In this document: one piece after another, positions 25,286 to 39,029 of the stretch
How positions within the stretch are numbered: position 1 is the stretch's first letter
How the letters are laid out: each line of letters begins with the position of its first letter
Assembly: GCA_964036045.1 (NCBI GenBank)
Contig: OZ038378.1
Location: 97,774,001 to 97,838,000, forward strand
Direction of reading: 5' to 3'
Source of the DNA: Eutreptiella sp. 'Long Island Sound 2002'
Lineage: Eukaryota; Protista; Euglenida
Length of the DNA: 64,000 nt
Notes under the pieces: model-generated
Told to the model about the DNA's origin: nothing
Databases searched by the model: none
Seen by the model: only the letters and a program-made list of their open reading frames with translations
Made by a program: the position numbers and the translations under genes

Positions 25286-26609
25286 AATGAAAAGGCAACG
25301 TGCTTTTTTTTATAGCACTTGACGAAGCAAACCACCACCCATTGTGAGGTCTGTGGGTACGCTGTACACAACCATACCCGCTTTCGTTCGTGATGAATTC
25401 ATACCTAACCACAGTAATGCTTTGTTGAAGAGTCACTTCAAAAATTCTCAAGAGGGTCGCTCATAGCGGCGCAAAAAAAGTACCTTTTGGCGCAATTTTT
25501 GCGCCGAATGTTTGTAGCCCCCAAATACCACCCCCCGGTCAGTCTCTTCTACATCTCTCAACGATCGTAATGAGCTACTTTTCGGGGCCTAACTCAACGA
25601 CATGTCCAAATGCCGCCCAAAATACGCGACCGCGCAAATTGAAAAGAGCGCCAAATGTCAAACCACCGAAGCACGAAACGGTTGCATTTTATAACCTCGC
25701 GGACCCAAATACCAACCCAACAGGTGCTACACACCACGAAGGACCTTGATAAAAAAGGTTTGACGCAAAGTGTATCCGGAGCTCCTCGCAGTACCACTTG
25801 GGGGGAGACACATGATGCCTGAAAAACGCACCCTGCTTTTAGCGCTGCCAGCATGCTCCAAAACCCTCCACTTGACGCCCCCCGTTCTATGACCATACGA
25901 ACACAGGCCCTAAGCCACATGGTACATATCGAAGGGCAACATTAGGGCTTTCATTTGGTCGGGGGGCGGCTGCGTAACTCAAGGTTGTGTTTGCGCAGCG
26001 CCAAATTCCGTACGGACCACGATCGAAAAAAGCGATTTTTCGCCCAAATTGGTCTAACTGAGAAAGCCGTATCTTAGCGCCACCGGGTCGTTTGGAGCTA
26101 AATTTTTTTTCCGCGACCCCGGGAGCTGTCCGGAGATGATGATGCTTAGATTAGGGCCCGATGAGCCACAGGCGCGGCGCTACACTTGCCGCTAGATGAC
26201 CCGCGTTTCGAAAATTGACGTTTTTTGACAACTTGAACCCTTCGCCAAACTGCAAAATCAGATCCGTTTTTCGAAATTCCAAATGCCATATGGATCGTTT
26301 TCCAATGCCGTTCACAAAAATGCAGTCGAAATCGGATTTCGTGAAATTTCATTTTTCGCGATTTTTTAACGGATCGACGGATTTTGGCCAAGAAACAAAA
26401 AAGCCCAACTATGGTTTTGTAGGGACCGACCTACCATCCACAAATGTGTCTTCGGGTCGTCCGGAACTTCGTCCGTTGCCACCTGTACGGGAAGGCAAAT
26501 CCGGCGGGATAATCATTGGGGTCAGCTTTACAGCTGAGCGTCGCTGGCGGCCGCGGAGCCCCTCCCCCGCGGCCGGACAGCTTTAGGAGGGCCTCACGGC
26601 CCAGGGGCA

Positions 26610-26880
26610 ACAAGTGTCCCCCGCTACTGGAGAGAAATCAATGGCGCCATGCACAAAAAACTCCACTTACTTATATCTCAGCAGTAGTTGATGTGCCAAT
26701 GTCATACAATGTGGCAAAGTGAAGGTGCATTGCAAGTTCAAGTAGCACAGAGTAAAAAAATTCCTCCTGGCGAAAAAAAAATCCTACATGGGGTGCCAGA
26801 TTTTTTTTCGGGGGCTACCCCGGAGGGGGAGGGGGTAGGAAAAAAAAGTCGCGCGAATTTTTTTCCACCCCCCCCCCTCT
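26610..26880 (+). repeat. Dispersed ~270-bp repeat, with an inverted copy at ~43915-44190
   Basis: aacaagtgt.cccgcta...caatggcgccatgc...tgtggcaaagtgaaggt...aagttcaagtagcac...gcgcgaattttttt is shared in reverse orientation. Confidence 0.85.
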
Positions 26881-26939
26881 GGCATTCATGCTCAGCAAAT
26901 GGGACTCATATTGCAGGGTTGATTTCGAAAGTCCCAGTC

Positions 26940-27076
26940 AAAATTTCTTCCGAGCTCCCCCAGCACGGTCGGCTGGGAAGTCCATGGAACATTCCTACTG
27001 ATATCGGTTGCGTTTTGGGACCCGATCTGGCTGCCAAAACTTCCTAGCATCTTTCCCGGGGATTTCAAAAACTTCC
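26940..27076 (-). repeat. Right arm of the ~140-bp inverted repeat pair
   Basis: Reverse complement of 23796-23935. Confidence 0.9.
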
Positions 27077-27649
27077 GGGTGTTTTTCCATTGGTTTTTTG
27101 TACAATGAACTGCACCGTTCTTGGTTCCCAAATCCCACACCTCAGCAAAGAAACACACAAAAAGACAAGCATGACTGTTCACTTAAGCTTGAAATGTGAA
27201 TGTTCAGTGGGCAAGACAACGCCCTGTAAACATGAAACTTCTTACGGTGTACAATACAAGTCCACTACTTGTATCCATTCGCGAGTTAAAGTGGACCCGG
27301 AGCCACATAGTGACTTGTTGAAAGAGGCCAAAGTGAAAAGGCCATTCGATGTCTTGAGCCTCATTAAAAAAGATGCGTTCCGTGAAGCCCCTAATCCCGG
27401 GGGGGGGGGGGCGCCCTAAAAAAAGCAGGGCGGGTATGCTATCCGGGGGGGCGAGTTGGAGTGAATGCCTTCCACTCCGCCTCAAAGCCAAACTCCATGG
27501 TGGTTTTGCCCCATTGAGACTTGCGATGCGGCAAGAACAAGGACCATTAGGCTCACAAGTGGCTCATAGCGGCCCCTTTTAGGCCAACCAAGCAATATAG
27601 CAAAGGTCCATGGTAGACAATTGGGCACGTGCTGGTATGGATAGTTTTG

Positions 27650-30600
27650 GAAGTGCTTTAAATTAAGCATCGCCAATGCGAGGATCATCCATCATCATCA
27701 TCCACCATGCCACCCCGAACACAGACTCCATTTTGGATTCCATACCAAAAAAACTAGCTTTCACAGCACACGATTGTCAAAATAGGCCAGTGTTAGACTA
27801 TAGTTGATGCAATGGTGTCAGCAACGTTGAAATTGCTTATAATTCAGTATCACCAATTGGAGGATCCATCATCATCATGATCTACCATCCCATTCCCAAG
27901 CACATGCACAATTGTATGGGCTCTAGCAAGTCCACCTGCCAAAAATCTGCGCACCCAATCCCAAAAAAAACTACCCTGAGCAAAGGAGAACCAGTTCTAG
28001 GCAAGGTTGGAGGTTGCCAAAAAACGTGCTTCCGGATCCTAGTAGATGGGCACTGTGACTAGGTCCCCGGTTGTAGGCCTCAAAGTGGGTGGCACGGGGC
28101 CATTTGGGTCGCCAAAAAACCTAGAGAGTAAAAAAGCACAAACAAATGCATAAGCTGCACTAGCACGTATCCAAATGGGGTGCACACAATTAGTATGGAG
28201 TTGCGACCCAAAAACAGGTTTTCGGCTCAAAATGCAGAAAAGCACAAAAAGCAGAAAATATTGACAATTTGACTTTCAGAAAAGTGGGACCCTTGCTGGC
28301 AATATTTTCTTTAGTGTCACCCGCGACCCCACCCCCTTCAAAAAAGCAGATGTCATGTTGGGGGCGTTGTACGGGCCTAGCCCAAATACCCCTTGGATAA
28401 CCTGTTACTTGGACAAAGGAATGGCTGTACAATTGGTTACATAAACAATGCAACCCCTTGGAAAACGGTACCTGAGGAGTCCCCAAAAGGTCCGGGTATG
28501 TGGCGCTTTCCCCGATATACAAACTTGCCCAGCTTTGATCTAACGACCTTTGCGAGGTGATTTGCCTTCACACCAAAGCAACGTCACAATAGGTCTGCTC
28601 TGCCGTATTGGGCACATATTGGTATAGACAGTTCTTCGAATGTGTTTGGATTCAACATCACCAATATGAGGATCCTTCATCAGCATGATCTAACATCCCG
28701 TCTCCCATCAGGGTCACATTTTTGGATTCTCGCTAAATAACTTACTTTAACACCATACCAATGTTGGAGGAGGTCCATATTACACTACTTCAGATAAATA
28801 CCTTTTGCAATTGCTTTGGATGCCGCATCTCCAATATGGAAACCTGACTGGTCATCGTCATCTACGATCCCTCCCCCAACGAGGCTCAAGTGTTCGAATC
28901 TCAACTAAAAACGTACTTTCACGCCAAAGAAAAGTTGGAATCCGTCCCCTCTTGTCCACCTGGCATGCACCGGTGTGGCTGCTTTTGGCAGTGCTTCAGA
29001 ATAACCATCACCGATTGGACGCTCATTCATCATCACCATCCACCATCACATTCCCAAACATGGTCGCCGTTTTAGATTATGAATCGAAAAGATTACTGTC
29101 ATAGTAAACCAACATTGGAATGGGCACGGGCTACAAAATTGCAAAAATATGTGTAGAAGCAATTTTTTGAAATTGCTTCCGATTCACTGTCTCCGTAGGT
29201 TTGTGAACATCGAAATGGCCTCGGTGCAGTTCGTGCAATTTTTCCTTGCCATTTTTGCTATGTGAAGATTTTTGTAGCGACGATACAGACCCCTATGGTC
29301 CCAATTTTCGAGGGGTGCAAGTGGGGATACAGTCAAAGTATACACTTACGCGGAGCGAAAAGGACGTTTTTTGCCGCCTCTAGCCGGACTTTGGGCTAGT
29401 TGTAGTTTGTGTGAAAGAAGGGAAATGACCGTTTCCACTGAGAAGCGCCTACGGTCTGTAGTCCTAATCCCCATATTGCCCTTTCTGGTGAGGTTATTGA
29501 CCCCATGGTACCCACATTAAGGGGTGCCATTGCTGATGAGGCAACTTGCAAAATTTCGCAACATCGTCATTTTTCTAAGGCCTTGGATCGCCACTCGTGT
29601 GGGTTTCGATGATCCCATGGTGACAATTTAGGTCCTAGGGCGCCCTGCGGGACCCATGTCATCACCGCTAGGCCCATGTAGCGCGGGCCATGGACCCCCG
29701 AAAGACCCGAGTTCGCCGTCACACGTGGGTGTTTACTTTTTTGTTGGCATGCAACGGTGGGGGATATATACCATAATGAGCACAAGCAATGTTTTGCCCT
29801 TTGGCTGTGCACAAGTGCACAATGCATCAAAATCGAATTGTGCATGGCCGGCCTTGGCTAGTAAAGACATGATGCCAAGTTGTAGGACACACCTCGGGTA
29901 CGGGTGAGCGTAACGATGCGTGCTCGCTCGCGTGTAAAGACGCCATGAAGAAGCCGGTATATATGTAGGGGAGATTGCGCCGCAGAGTGCTCATAGAGGG
30001 CCGAAGTGGCCCGCGGTTAGCGGCCTGGAGGAGTAAGGAAAAATTCATACTCCCGAAAATGTTTGTTTATAAGCACAATTACCAGCCATGTAAAGCATGT
30101 TTCACGCAAAAAATATGCGGGTTTTCCCCGATTTGTGTGTGCATTGTTGTCAGTAGTTGTTTTGCGCAATCACTTGCTGAAGGCAATACAATTGTGAATG
30201 GGACGGTAAATGATACTGAGGGAGGTCCTCCTATTGCCAATATTGAATTAGAACGAATTTAAAAACTGCGAATACCAGGGCCGTAACCTATAACAATGGG
30301 TAGCCTGGATGCTTTTTATTGTGGCGGGGTGCGTTGTCAAAAAACCTTGCCCGATACACATGCAATGTGCTACCGTGGGCCTAGTTAGATGTTCGTTTGC
30401 TATCAAAGTAATTTTTCTCTTTTTCATTCGAGATCTGTGACCACATTTGGCAAAAGGATGGTGCATGATGACGATGGATGAGCCTCAAAGTGGCCATGCT
30501 TAATTCAGGGCACTTCACAAAAAAAGTGCCCAAACGAAAAATGTTCCCAGCAGGTCAGGGTGCACCTATTCTCACGTTGTTTCGGTGTGATAGCAAACAA

Positions 30601-33330
30601 CCTCACACACCTAGTTAGATCAAAGCCAAGCAGCCTTGAATATAGCAGAATGCGTCACATACCCCCCTCCACAACGCCCCTCCAGCCGGGACCGGTTTGC
30701 CCGCCGTCCCCCGCTCGCCCCACCCAGCCAGCCCCGCCCTACGCGCCCGCCCCTCCCGCCCCGCCCCACCTTCCCCCCCCCCCCCCCGCCCGCCCCGCCA
30801 AGCCTACCCCTCCCGCCCCGCTCTGCCGCCCCGCCGACCGCCAGCCCCGCCCCGCCCCAGCTCGCCCCGCCCACTTGTTTGCATACCCTTCGTTAAGGGG
30901 TTGAATTGTTTATTCAACCCTTGTAAAATCATTGTTTTCCCTGATAACCCCATCACCCAAAGCCTTTTTGGTCACGACTCGGCGAATGAAAATGCACGTT
31001 TTCGAGGCCGGTAGAACGTGACGGGGGGTGCGTGGTCATAAATTTCGAAAAGAACCAACTCGTGTTTCTTTAAGGCACGTCACGAACCTTTGTTGCTATT
31101 TGACTGTGACAAAAAAAAAGAGTTTGGTGTCCCTACTCCCTACTTTTATTGCTATCTCCGGCTTTTCGTGAGTTTAGTGACCCCTAATTTCCGTCCCGAA
31201 CGCCTTGCTAGCCAGTTCACGGTGCGTCGCCCGGGGTAGATTGTGTACGCGGTGGACTTGCTGGAGGTAATAAATTTTCGGTCCGAGACCTCAAAATGGT
31301 GACCTTGATACGGGATAGCATAATGTATGATGGACACGGTTACTCTTAATCTTGGAGTTGCCGATTCTGAGCTATTTGCAAAGTTTGCTGACAACATCAC
31401 ATCCCTAGTAGGCGTAAATGGGAATTTTGTCCACTTGGTTGTAAGCGAAAGTAAGGTCTCCATTGAGAGGCTAAAATTGCACTGTTGATTGGGTATGGGA
31501 ATGTGAATGATGATGATGATCTAGCTCAAAATTGCAGCTGTTGATTCTAAAGTAATTTGAAAAAGTGTTCATACCAATGTAGCCCAGTTGGGCTAAACTG
31601 GTCGTATTCTCACGTTGGTGTGGTTTGAAACTACGTTTTTTGGTTCCGAATGCAAACTTGTCACCGTTATCGGTCATGTTTTGATGAATGATCCAAATGA
31701 GATATCCTCAATTTGGTGCTGCTAAATGTGAGGCATTTGTAAAGACTGCTTATATCAATACATCTATAATTGTGTGGCATAGACCTCTCTTATTGTTAAT
31801 GTGCTTCAAAAGATCGTTTTTGGTTGACTATCCAAGATCCTGCCCAGAATTGAGGATGGGATGATGCATGCTGAGGTTGGAGGATCCTCAAATTGTAGAC
31901 ACTCAATCTCAAGCCATATCAACTAGTGCCTATACCCATATGCACGCAATAGTCCAAAGTGGCTCTTTTTGAGCTTCCTTTGGTGTGAAGAAAGTCTTTT
32001 GGACGATAATCTAACGTCTCAACCCTATTTGGGGAGGGGATGTTGGATGATGATGGAGGATTCTGGGATTGCAGATGTTGATTTTGAATGGTGATGAGTG
32101 TTTGCTAAAAGGCTCCCACTTAATTATGGAGTGCCAACCACCACCCGTATCCATTTTGAAGTGGCTTTGGTGAAACAAAATTTCTTGTCGCCCCGGGAAT
32201 AGAGACAATGGTCACGGACCCGTTGGGGAATTGAGTGTGCATTGCGAGGTGGACTTGCCGAGGGCGATAGATTGTGGCAAATTTTGACTTTTTTCCGAAA
32301 CCCCCATATCCACCCTTGCAATGCATTCAGGTGATCATTTGGTGACAATGCACGTACTTGAGAACCAATTGAGACCCACCCATTGGCCGCTAAGAAAGCG
32401 TCAAAATAAACTTGTGGACGTGGTGACATCAACGCTACGGGGGCCTCCGTATGGGGCAAAGCGCCACATACTTTACTGGCCTATTCACGTATCCCATGTC
32501 AAGGGTTGACTTCTTTGTGCACCCCCTTGTAAATTCTTCTTCTTTTTTTTCTTTTTTGCTATTCACACATCACCCAATGAGCTTTTGGCCCACACCTCTC
32601 TCGTGAGACCCCCTCCACTTGAAACCACAGTTTTTTGACAGTGTTTGTGAGCTTGTTGACTCAGCTCTGACCACCATAGCAAATAAAAGATTGCCATCTC
32701 TGGAAGAGAAACTTGGTGGCAAGAGTGTCAACAAGCTGATAGCTTCAAAAAAGTTGTTCGGCGTGAGGGAAAAAATTGCCAATGTCATTGACAAACGCAA
32801 TTATGAAGGGTCCTTGTTTGAAGAACGCTTTTTTGTGTTGAGCTCGTAGTGCTAATATGTACGGTACTACGTCGGTTTGATCGCGGATACCCCATGGTTG
32901 TACGGCATCCTTGCAGAGTAGTGAACAACGTGCCGCTCAGAAATGTCGCCGGACATGAAGAAGTAGCAGACAATCCTAGTTGTTTGGCATATTTTGGTCA
33001 TGGGATGAATACCGACAAAGTTACTATTAAACAAAACTATGCAACGTTGTTGAGGTTTGTGTGATGTTCACCGGATTTTGCCTTTGTGTCGGAAGATGAC
33101 GGATTGTGCAAGGGAGGGGGGGGGTTGGAAGTTGGGGGGGATCAAAAATGTGGAACAAAAAGATGGCCCCTTTATTTTGGTGCAAAATCATGAACCCTTG
33201 GGTTCGGATTTGGTTTCAAGCCAAAAACCTATTTGCCCGTACGTTGTCAATTGGAGGTTCCTGCATCATCATCATCCACATAGCATTCCCCCTTATGGCC
33301 ATAATTTTGGTGCCTTCTGCAAGTCCACCG
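27650..33330. repeat. Region seeded with ~10 diverged copies of a (CAT)n-core repeat in both orientations
   Basis: (g)gatc..tcatcatcat..tc.accat...attccc variants at ~27685, 27862, 28670, 28855, 29025 and 33262 (+), and ~30465, 31500, 31858 and 32040 (-). Confidence 0.6.
30690..30875 (+). repeat. C-rich (CCGCC)n low-complexity tract
   Basis: Seen directly. G-runs on the minus strand could form G-quadruplexes. Confidence 0.85.
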
Positions 33331-33699
33331 AGCCAAGCGCACACCCGAATCGGGTAAAAAAACACGGAATTGTTTCTTCAAACATGTTTTACATAGCTTA
33401 GATGGTAATTGTTAAGTAAAACAAAAAGCACAGAACTGTTGTTTTTCACCAACCCATGCTGAAAAGCTGCATGCGCAGATTGCGAGCCAATCCCTTTGGA
33501 GATCCCCACCTTCCCCGCCGCACCAAATGCCGAAAAAATCTACCCCGAGCAAAGCACACACGCAAGAGACTAAAACGCACCTAAAGATTCCCTAAAACAT
33601 TGTTGACATCTCTTGGATGGCTATTGGGGGAGTATCGGTGCCACTTGCGCATTGCACGCAACTTTTCGAATCCATTTACCCGTAAGGGGAGGTCTCTCT

Positions 33700-34733
33700 T
33701 AGAAACCAACCATCGAACCCTGCTCCCATGGGTGGAAAAGTATATTGTGCGCGACGTGCACGCCCTCTCTACGGATCGAATGGCTGTAGGATGCAAACAA
33801 TTTGGTGTTACGTTGACCCATGCCATTCACATCCTTGTGTGACGCATTCGACACACGGATCGTGTCTCTAGGCCCCACGTTCGAGTCAACACTGTACACG
33901 CGCACAGCATGTGCCATGTGTTGTACGTGTGCTACAGCACTAGCACCTGCATCCCACTGTGCAAGTACAATAATTTCGTTATGTGCTTGGGAATGGTACG
34001 TCCCATGCAGGTAGACGGCAAATGGGACAAGAGCCACCTTGCATACACCAAGTATATGGTGTCACTACTAACCCGGGAAATCTACTACCGTCTACAAGGG
34101 TTATCTTGGACCGATGTGACGGATTTGGTTGAGGAGTACAACGCCACATGGAGAGCTTCATGGGAAAATTGGTGCGATGGTTTGTGGGGACAAGGTTGTC
34201 GTCCTCCACACGGATGGCCGGTGCTTGGGGCTGCGATAATACATTGCCCGTAAGCCGCATTCTACGGGCATCAAACTATACATCCATGCGGACAATGGTG
34301 GGTTGCGTCTTCGACGACTACCTCTACACCGGGATTCCCAGCAAGCTCCGCCGCTTTGGGTGTTGTTTCGCCAAGTATTACGCTATGGTACTCATGCGCC
34401 TATGGGGGAAGATAATCCCTCATCCATGGTCCCTTGTGCGGGCAACTTATTCTGAAGTCATGGGCTTGCCGAGCAATTCGCGGCCCAAAGTCGGATGTTT
34501 CTCATGCTCTCAAAGCGTGGTAAGCGAGATGCCGGCCTACCAAGGGCGGCCGCCCTTACCCGGGAGGGCGCCGTGGCGCGGGCACTTGTAGCCGGCAAGA
34601 ACTATGAACTTTCCGTGTACAAGAACCCAAAGGTGGGGAAAAATCCCCCCGTGTGGTACTATGGGGAGGAGGTGCCCAAAGACCGGAGATGGAGCCCTCT
34701 CCCTCCTGTGGTAGCACGCTACCAGGAGTTCTC
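33700..34733 (+). mobile_element. 5'- and 3'-truncated copy of the piggyBac-like transposase
   Basis: Near-identical to 36415-37448. Starts at the TA of tagaaacc and ends at gagttctc. Confidence 0.85.
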
Positions 34734-36227
34734 CCAGGAGTCCTCCTTTGTTCGTTTTTGTGGTTCAGAACCCCATATTGGTCAGTATTGTTGCGCCCTT
34801 TGAGTTGGGGTTAGGGACTCGCAATCCACGCTTTGTTGCTTGCATGGTTGTGGAGAACCGCAATCGGGCAAAATGTTGGCAAGCCAATGAAGGTTGGTAG
34901 GACATGGGGCTACGGTTGGGGGGGGTCACGACGAATGATGTGCATGCGGTGCAGTGATAAACACGCGTTTAACTATACATTTTTTGTAGTCAGATAAAAC
35001 CATAGGAGAAAAGAAAATTTTGCCATGTGCGCGCAAGAACGGCGTAAGGCCAGAATTTGCACCATTCACACACATACGAAGACGTATGAACACACCAACA
35101 CACACACCGTAGCCTCATTGAGAACCAATCTTTGTTGTCAAGCCATTGTGGCGTAGCGATCATCGACCAGCATGCGAGAAGGCAATGGGGACATGACATT
35201 GTGGGGTCCACTGTAGGCTTGGGCAACTTGCAGAACGGCCAGAATGGACATCAATCACCATTGTCCTTCAATGCTGCTGCTTTTGTTTCTCGCCCCAGAT
35301 AGGGTGTATTGCCTTATCTGGGGACTCTATCCTGCCGATAAGAGGGCCGGGTGGGGCGCTGCACTACAGCCGAAACAGACCGGGGGTCTTTGTGCCCTTA
35401 AACACAAACACCACCCATATTGGCTGAAATATCCATGCCCCAACGAAGGCACCGTCAACTATGACCCCCAACATGTACCCATTGTGGCCACCCGCTTGGT
35501 GGATGTTGGCGCCTCCCCCCACATCTACCTCATCCGACCCCTTGGGGACCTTGAGGACACCCCCCTCCTTTTCAAACCCCCGTGCAGAGGCCAACTGATT
35601 GCCCTGCGGAATGTGAGACGGTATCTTTATGCCAATTTTCTGGACGCCCACAAGGAGCCAGACGTCGGGGACAGGGCAGCGGTTTTGGCCATCCCTAGCC
35701 CACAAGCAACCCCCACCCCCCGTGAGGATACCACCCCCTCCCACAAGTTGCCGCACCTGCAGCCCTTTGCCCAAGAAGTTGTTAACCCTCTGACCCCACC
35801 CTTGAACCTCCTTGCACCTTCCAAAGCCAAACACGGGGGGTAGACTTAAGAAAATTTCAGGTTTAGGGGTCGGGAAAAAATTCTCGCGCCAATTTTTTTT
35901 CCTACCCCCCTCCTCCTCCGGGGGTACCCCCCAAAAAAAAAGCTGTACGCTGCTACCAATTTTTTTTTACCCCCCCCCCCAACCCCTGTCCGGACTGTCA
36001 CATTCAACTTGTTGCAAGCAAGATGTGGTGTCCCCGCGTTCTTCGTGCTCTGCGTGTTACGCACGTTGGCTCCCATTGTGATTCGGGCGTTAGGCGTCAA
36101 GTCATTTTGCGCGTGTAGAGCGATATGGGTGCTATCTTTGTTGAGGGCTTTTGGAATTTTTTAGTGTCCCACGCATTCTGTATGCTGTACAGCTAACCTA
36201 ATCCAACAGCTAAGCACCCCCTTCCTG

Positions 36228-37830
36228 GTATGCACAGCTCAACAACATGCCGTCACCGGAGAACCTCAAATCTGGACCCCTGCTGTGTGTAGACTGTGGC
36301 ACAATCTGGAACATGGTGTTGGACCAGGCAGATCAAAACTATGGGCCTTTTCCCTAGATAAGATCTTGGTGTACATGCTGCGTCCCATATGTGGCTTGCA
36401 GCGCGCAATCCCACTAGAAACCAACCATCGAACCCTGCTCCCATGGCTGGAAAAGTATATTGTGCGCGACGTGCGCGCCCTCTCTACGGATCGAATGGCT
36501 GTAGGATGCAAACAATGTGGTGTTACGTTGACCCGTGCCATTCACATCCTTGTGTGACGCATTCGACACACGGATCGTGTCTCTAGGCCCCACGTTCGAG
36601 TCAACACTGTACACGCGCACAGCATGTGCCATGTGTTGTACGTGTGCTACAGCACTAGCACCTGCATCCCACTGTGCAAGTACAATAATTTCGTTATGTG
36701 CTTGGGAATGGTACGTCCCATGCAGGTAGACGGCAAATGGGACAAGAGCCACCTTGCATACACCAAGTATATGGCGTCACTACTAACCCGGGAAATCTAC
36801 TACCGTCTACAAGGGTTATCTTGGACCGATGTGACGGATTTGGTTGAGGAGTACAACGCCACATGGAGAGCTTCATGGGAAAATTGGTGCGATGGTTTAT
36901 GGGGACAAGGTTGTCGTCCTCCACACGGATGGCCGGTGCTTGGGGCTGCGATAATACATTGCCCGTAAGCCGCATTCTACGGGCATCAAACTATACATCC
37001 ATGCGGACAATGGTGGGTTGCGTCTTCGACGACTACCTCTACACCGGGATTCCCAGCAAGCTCCGCCGCTTTGGGTGTTGTGTCGGCAAGTATTACGCTA
37101 CGGTACTCATGCGCCTATGGGGGAAGATAATCCCTTATCCACGGTCCCTTGTGCGGGCAACTTTTTCCGAAGTCATGGGCTTGGCGAGCAATTCGCGGGC
37201 CAAAGTCGGATGTTTCTCATGCTCTCAAAGCGTGGTAAGCGAGATGCCGGCCTACCAAGGGCGGCCGCCCTTACGCAGGAGGGCGCCGTGGCGCGGGCAC
37301 TTGTAGCCGGCAAGAACTATGAACTTTCCGTGTACAAGAACCCAAAGGTGGGAAAAAATCCCCCCGTGTGGTACTATGGGGAGGAGGTGCCCAAAGACCG
37401 GAGATGGAGCCCTCTCCCTCTTGTGGTAGCACGCTACCAGGAGTTCTCACCTGTTGTAGATGGTGCCAACCAAATGGCGCTGCACATGCGCCAACTGGGC
37501 AAGCAAACGACGTGGAGCCACGTCGTGCGTGCCTTCATTGTGCGGTACACGGCTAGGAATGCCTTTGCCACCGCCACGGCATCACGGTTGGTGGACGCCA
37601 CGACCACCATTTGGGAATTCCAATAGGACATCCGCAAGTAGCGGTACTTTGGCGGCGGAGATTCAACAACACAACGCCAACCGCTGCGGTCCCTACGGTG
37701 CATGCACGGAAGCGCTTTGCGAGCCGCCTCTGTGTACGCATTGCGTGCAGCAGGACTACGTGTTGGGCGTGCGGGGCATGCGGAAAGCACATGTACATCA
37801 AGTGGTTTGGGGCTGCCCACGACGTGTAGC
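36228..37830 (+). mobile_element. piggyBac-like (DDE_Tnp_1_7-type) transposase pseudogene, most complete copy
   Basis: Motifs occur in piggyBac order across frameshifts: CLGMV...W...TREIYYRL, GLR*YIARKPHSTGIKLYIHADNG, GCVFDDYLYTG, CAGNFFRS (ADNFF-like), VVARYQEFSPVVDGANQ...W...NAF, and C-terminal CVRIACSRTTCWACGACGKH. Confidence 0.85.
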
Positions 37831-39029
37831 CTGTCACTGGCGTGACTGGGCGGAAAGAGACGGTCAAGGCGGCAGAGGCCTCTGCCATCCCTACCCATGG
37901 GACTGGTACCAACCCTGGTGGAACTACTGTGTAGGCTGGGTACCCAAATGTGACCCCCCCCCCGACAGTTGACTTATTGCATGGAACTTTGTTGCACAAA
38001 CTGTTGTAAGCGTCGCGCATGTATTTCATTTGCGTCTGTAAGTGTGTCCCCAGAGCCCTACCAATCGTTCTGCCCGTTGATGACGTCATGCGCGTCGTGA
38101 AACGTTTTTTGAAATTTGTCCCCAACGCGTGCAACATTTCGTGTGTCTCTTGTCACAACTGATGTCTCCATGGCCAAAGGAATATGAACACGAAAATGTA
38201 CACTACAAACCTGCAACGCCTAAGCCAAAATTTGGCCCGGGGCAACCATATCTTTGTCCCCCGTGACGACCATGCCGGCGACCCTCAGGAAGGCAAGTGT
38301 TCTCGCCTTTACCCCATGGTTCAATATACCAATCGATAGCTGCGAGCAACCGCCACCGGTGCACGGATACCTGTCGCCTCCGACCACACAGCTGAGGGGA
38401 CATGCTCAGTCAATGGTTTGGAACAGGGATGGCCGCCATTGCACATATTGTGCCCACGACCGTGGCGGTCAACAGCGACCCGACGCCGTGAGGTCGGCAG
38501 ATTCCAATTGGGGGGGCGGGGGGACAACGCAAGCGGGGCGGTCAACGACTTCCAGTTCGCATCAAATTGGTCCAGTGTTAGGATCGGGCCTGGGAAGGGC
38601 CGCCCAGTGCAAGCGGTGTAGCGGTCGCCCGACGGGTGATGTACTTAGACAATACACGGAAGCCAGACTGGGGTGCAGCCAACTCCAAAAGGAGCGCTAT
38701 CAAATAGGGTGCCGGAAAGAGGGCCTCCGCATACGTACGGATGGCGTGCACCTTTCTTTTGTGGACCGCCGGGAGGGAAGCATGGTCCATTGTCTCCGAG
38801 AAACAGGCCGGGATGATGGGGGAGGATGACATCCATTAGCGCAACAGGTCGTAACACGTGCTGTCCCGAAGACTGGTGGCACCACTGAGCCGAGCCGTAA
38901 AGGTAGGACATAACATGCCGGCCGGGTGCAATCCGTTGGCGCATCGTCACTGCCCCATGAAGACATTGTCCCCCCAAACGTCCACACGGGTGCACATGTG
39001 AGGATGAAATGGTGGCCCACGCAAAGTAG

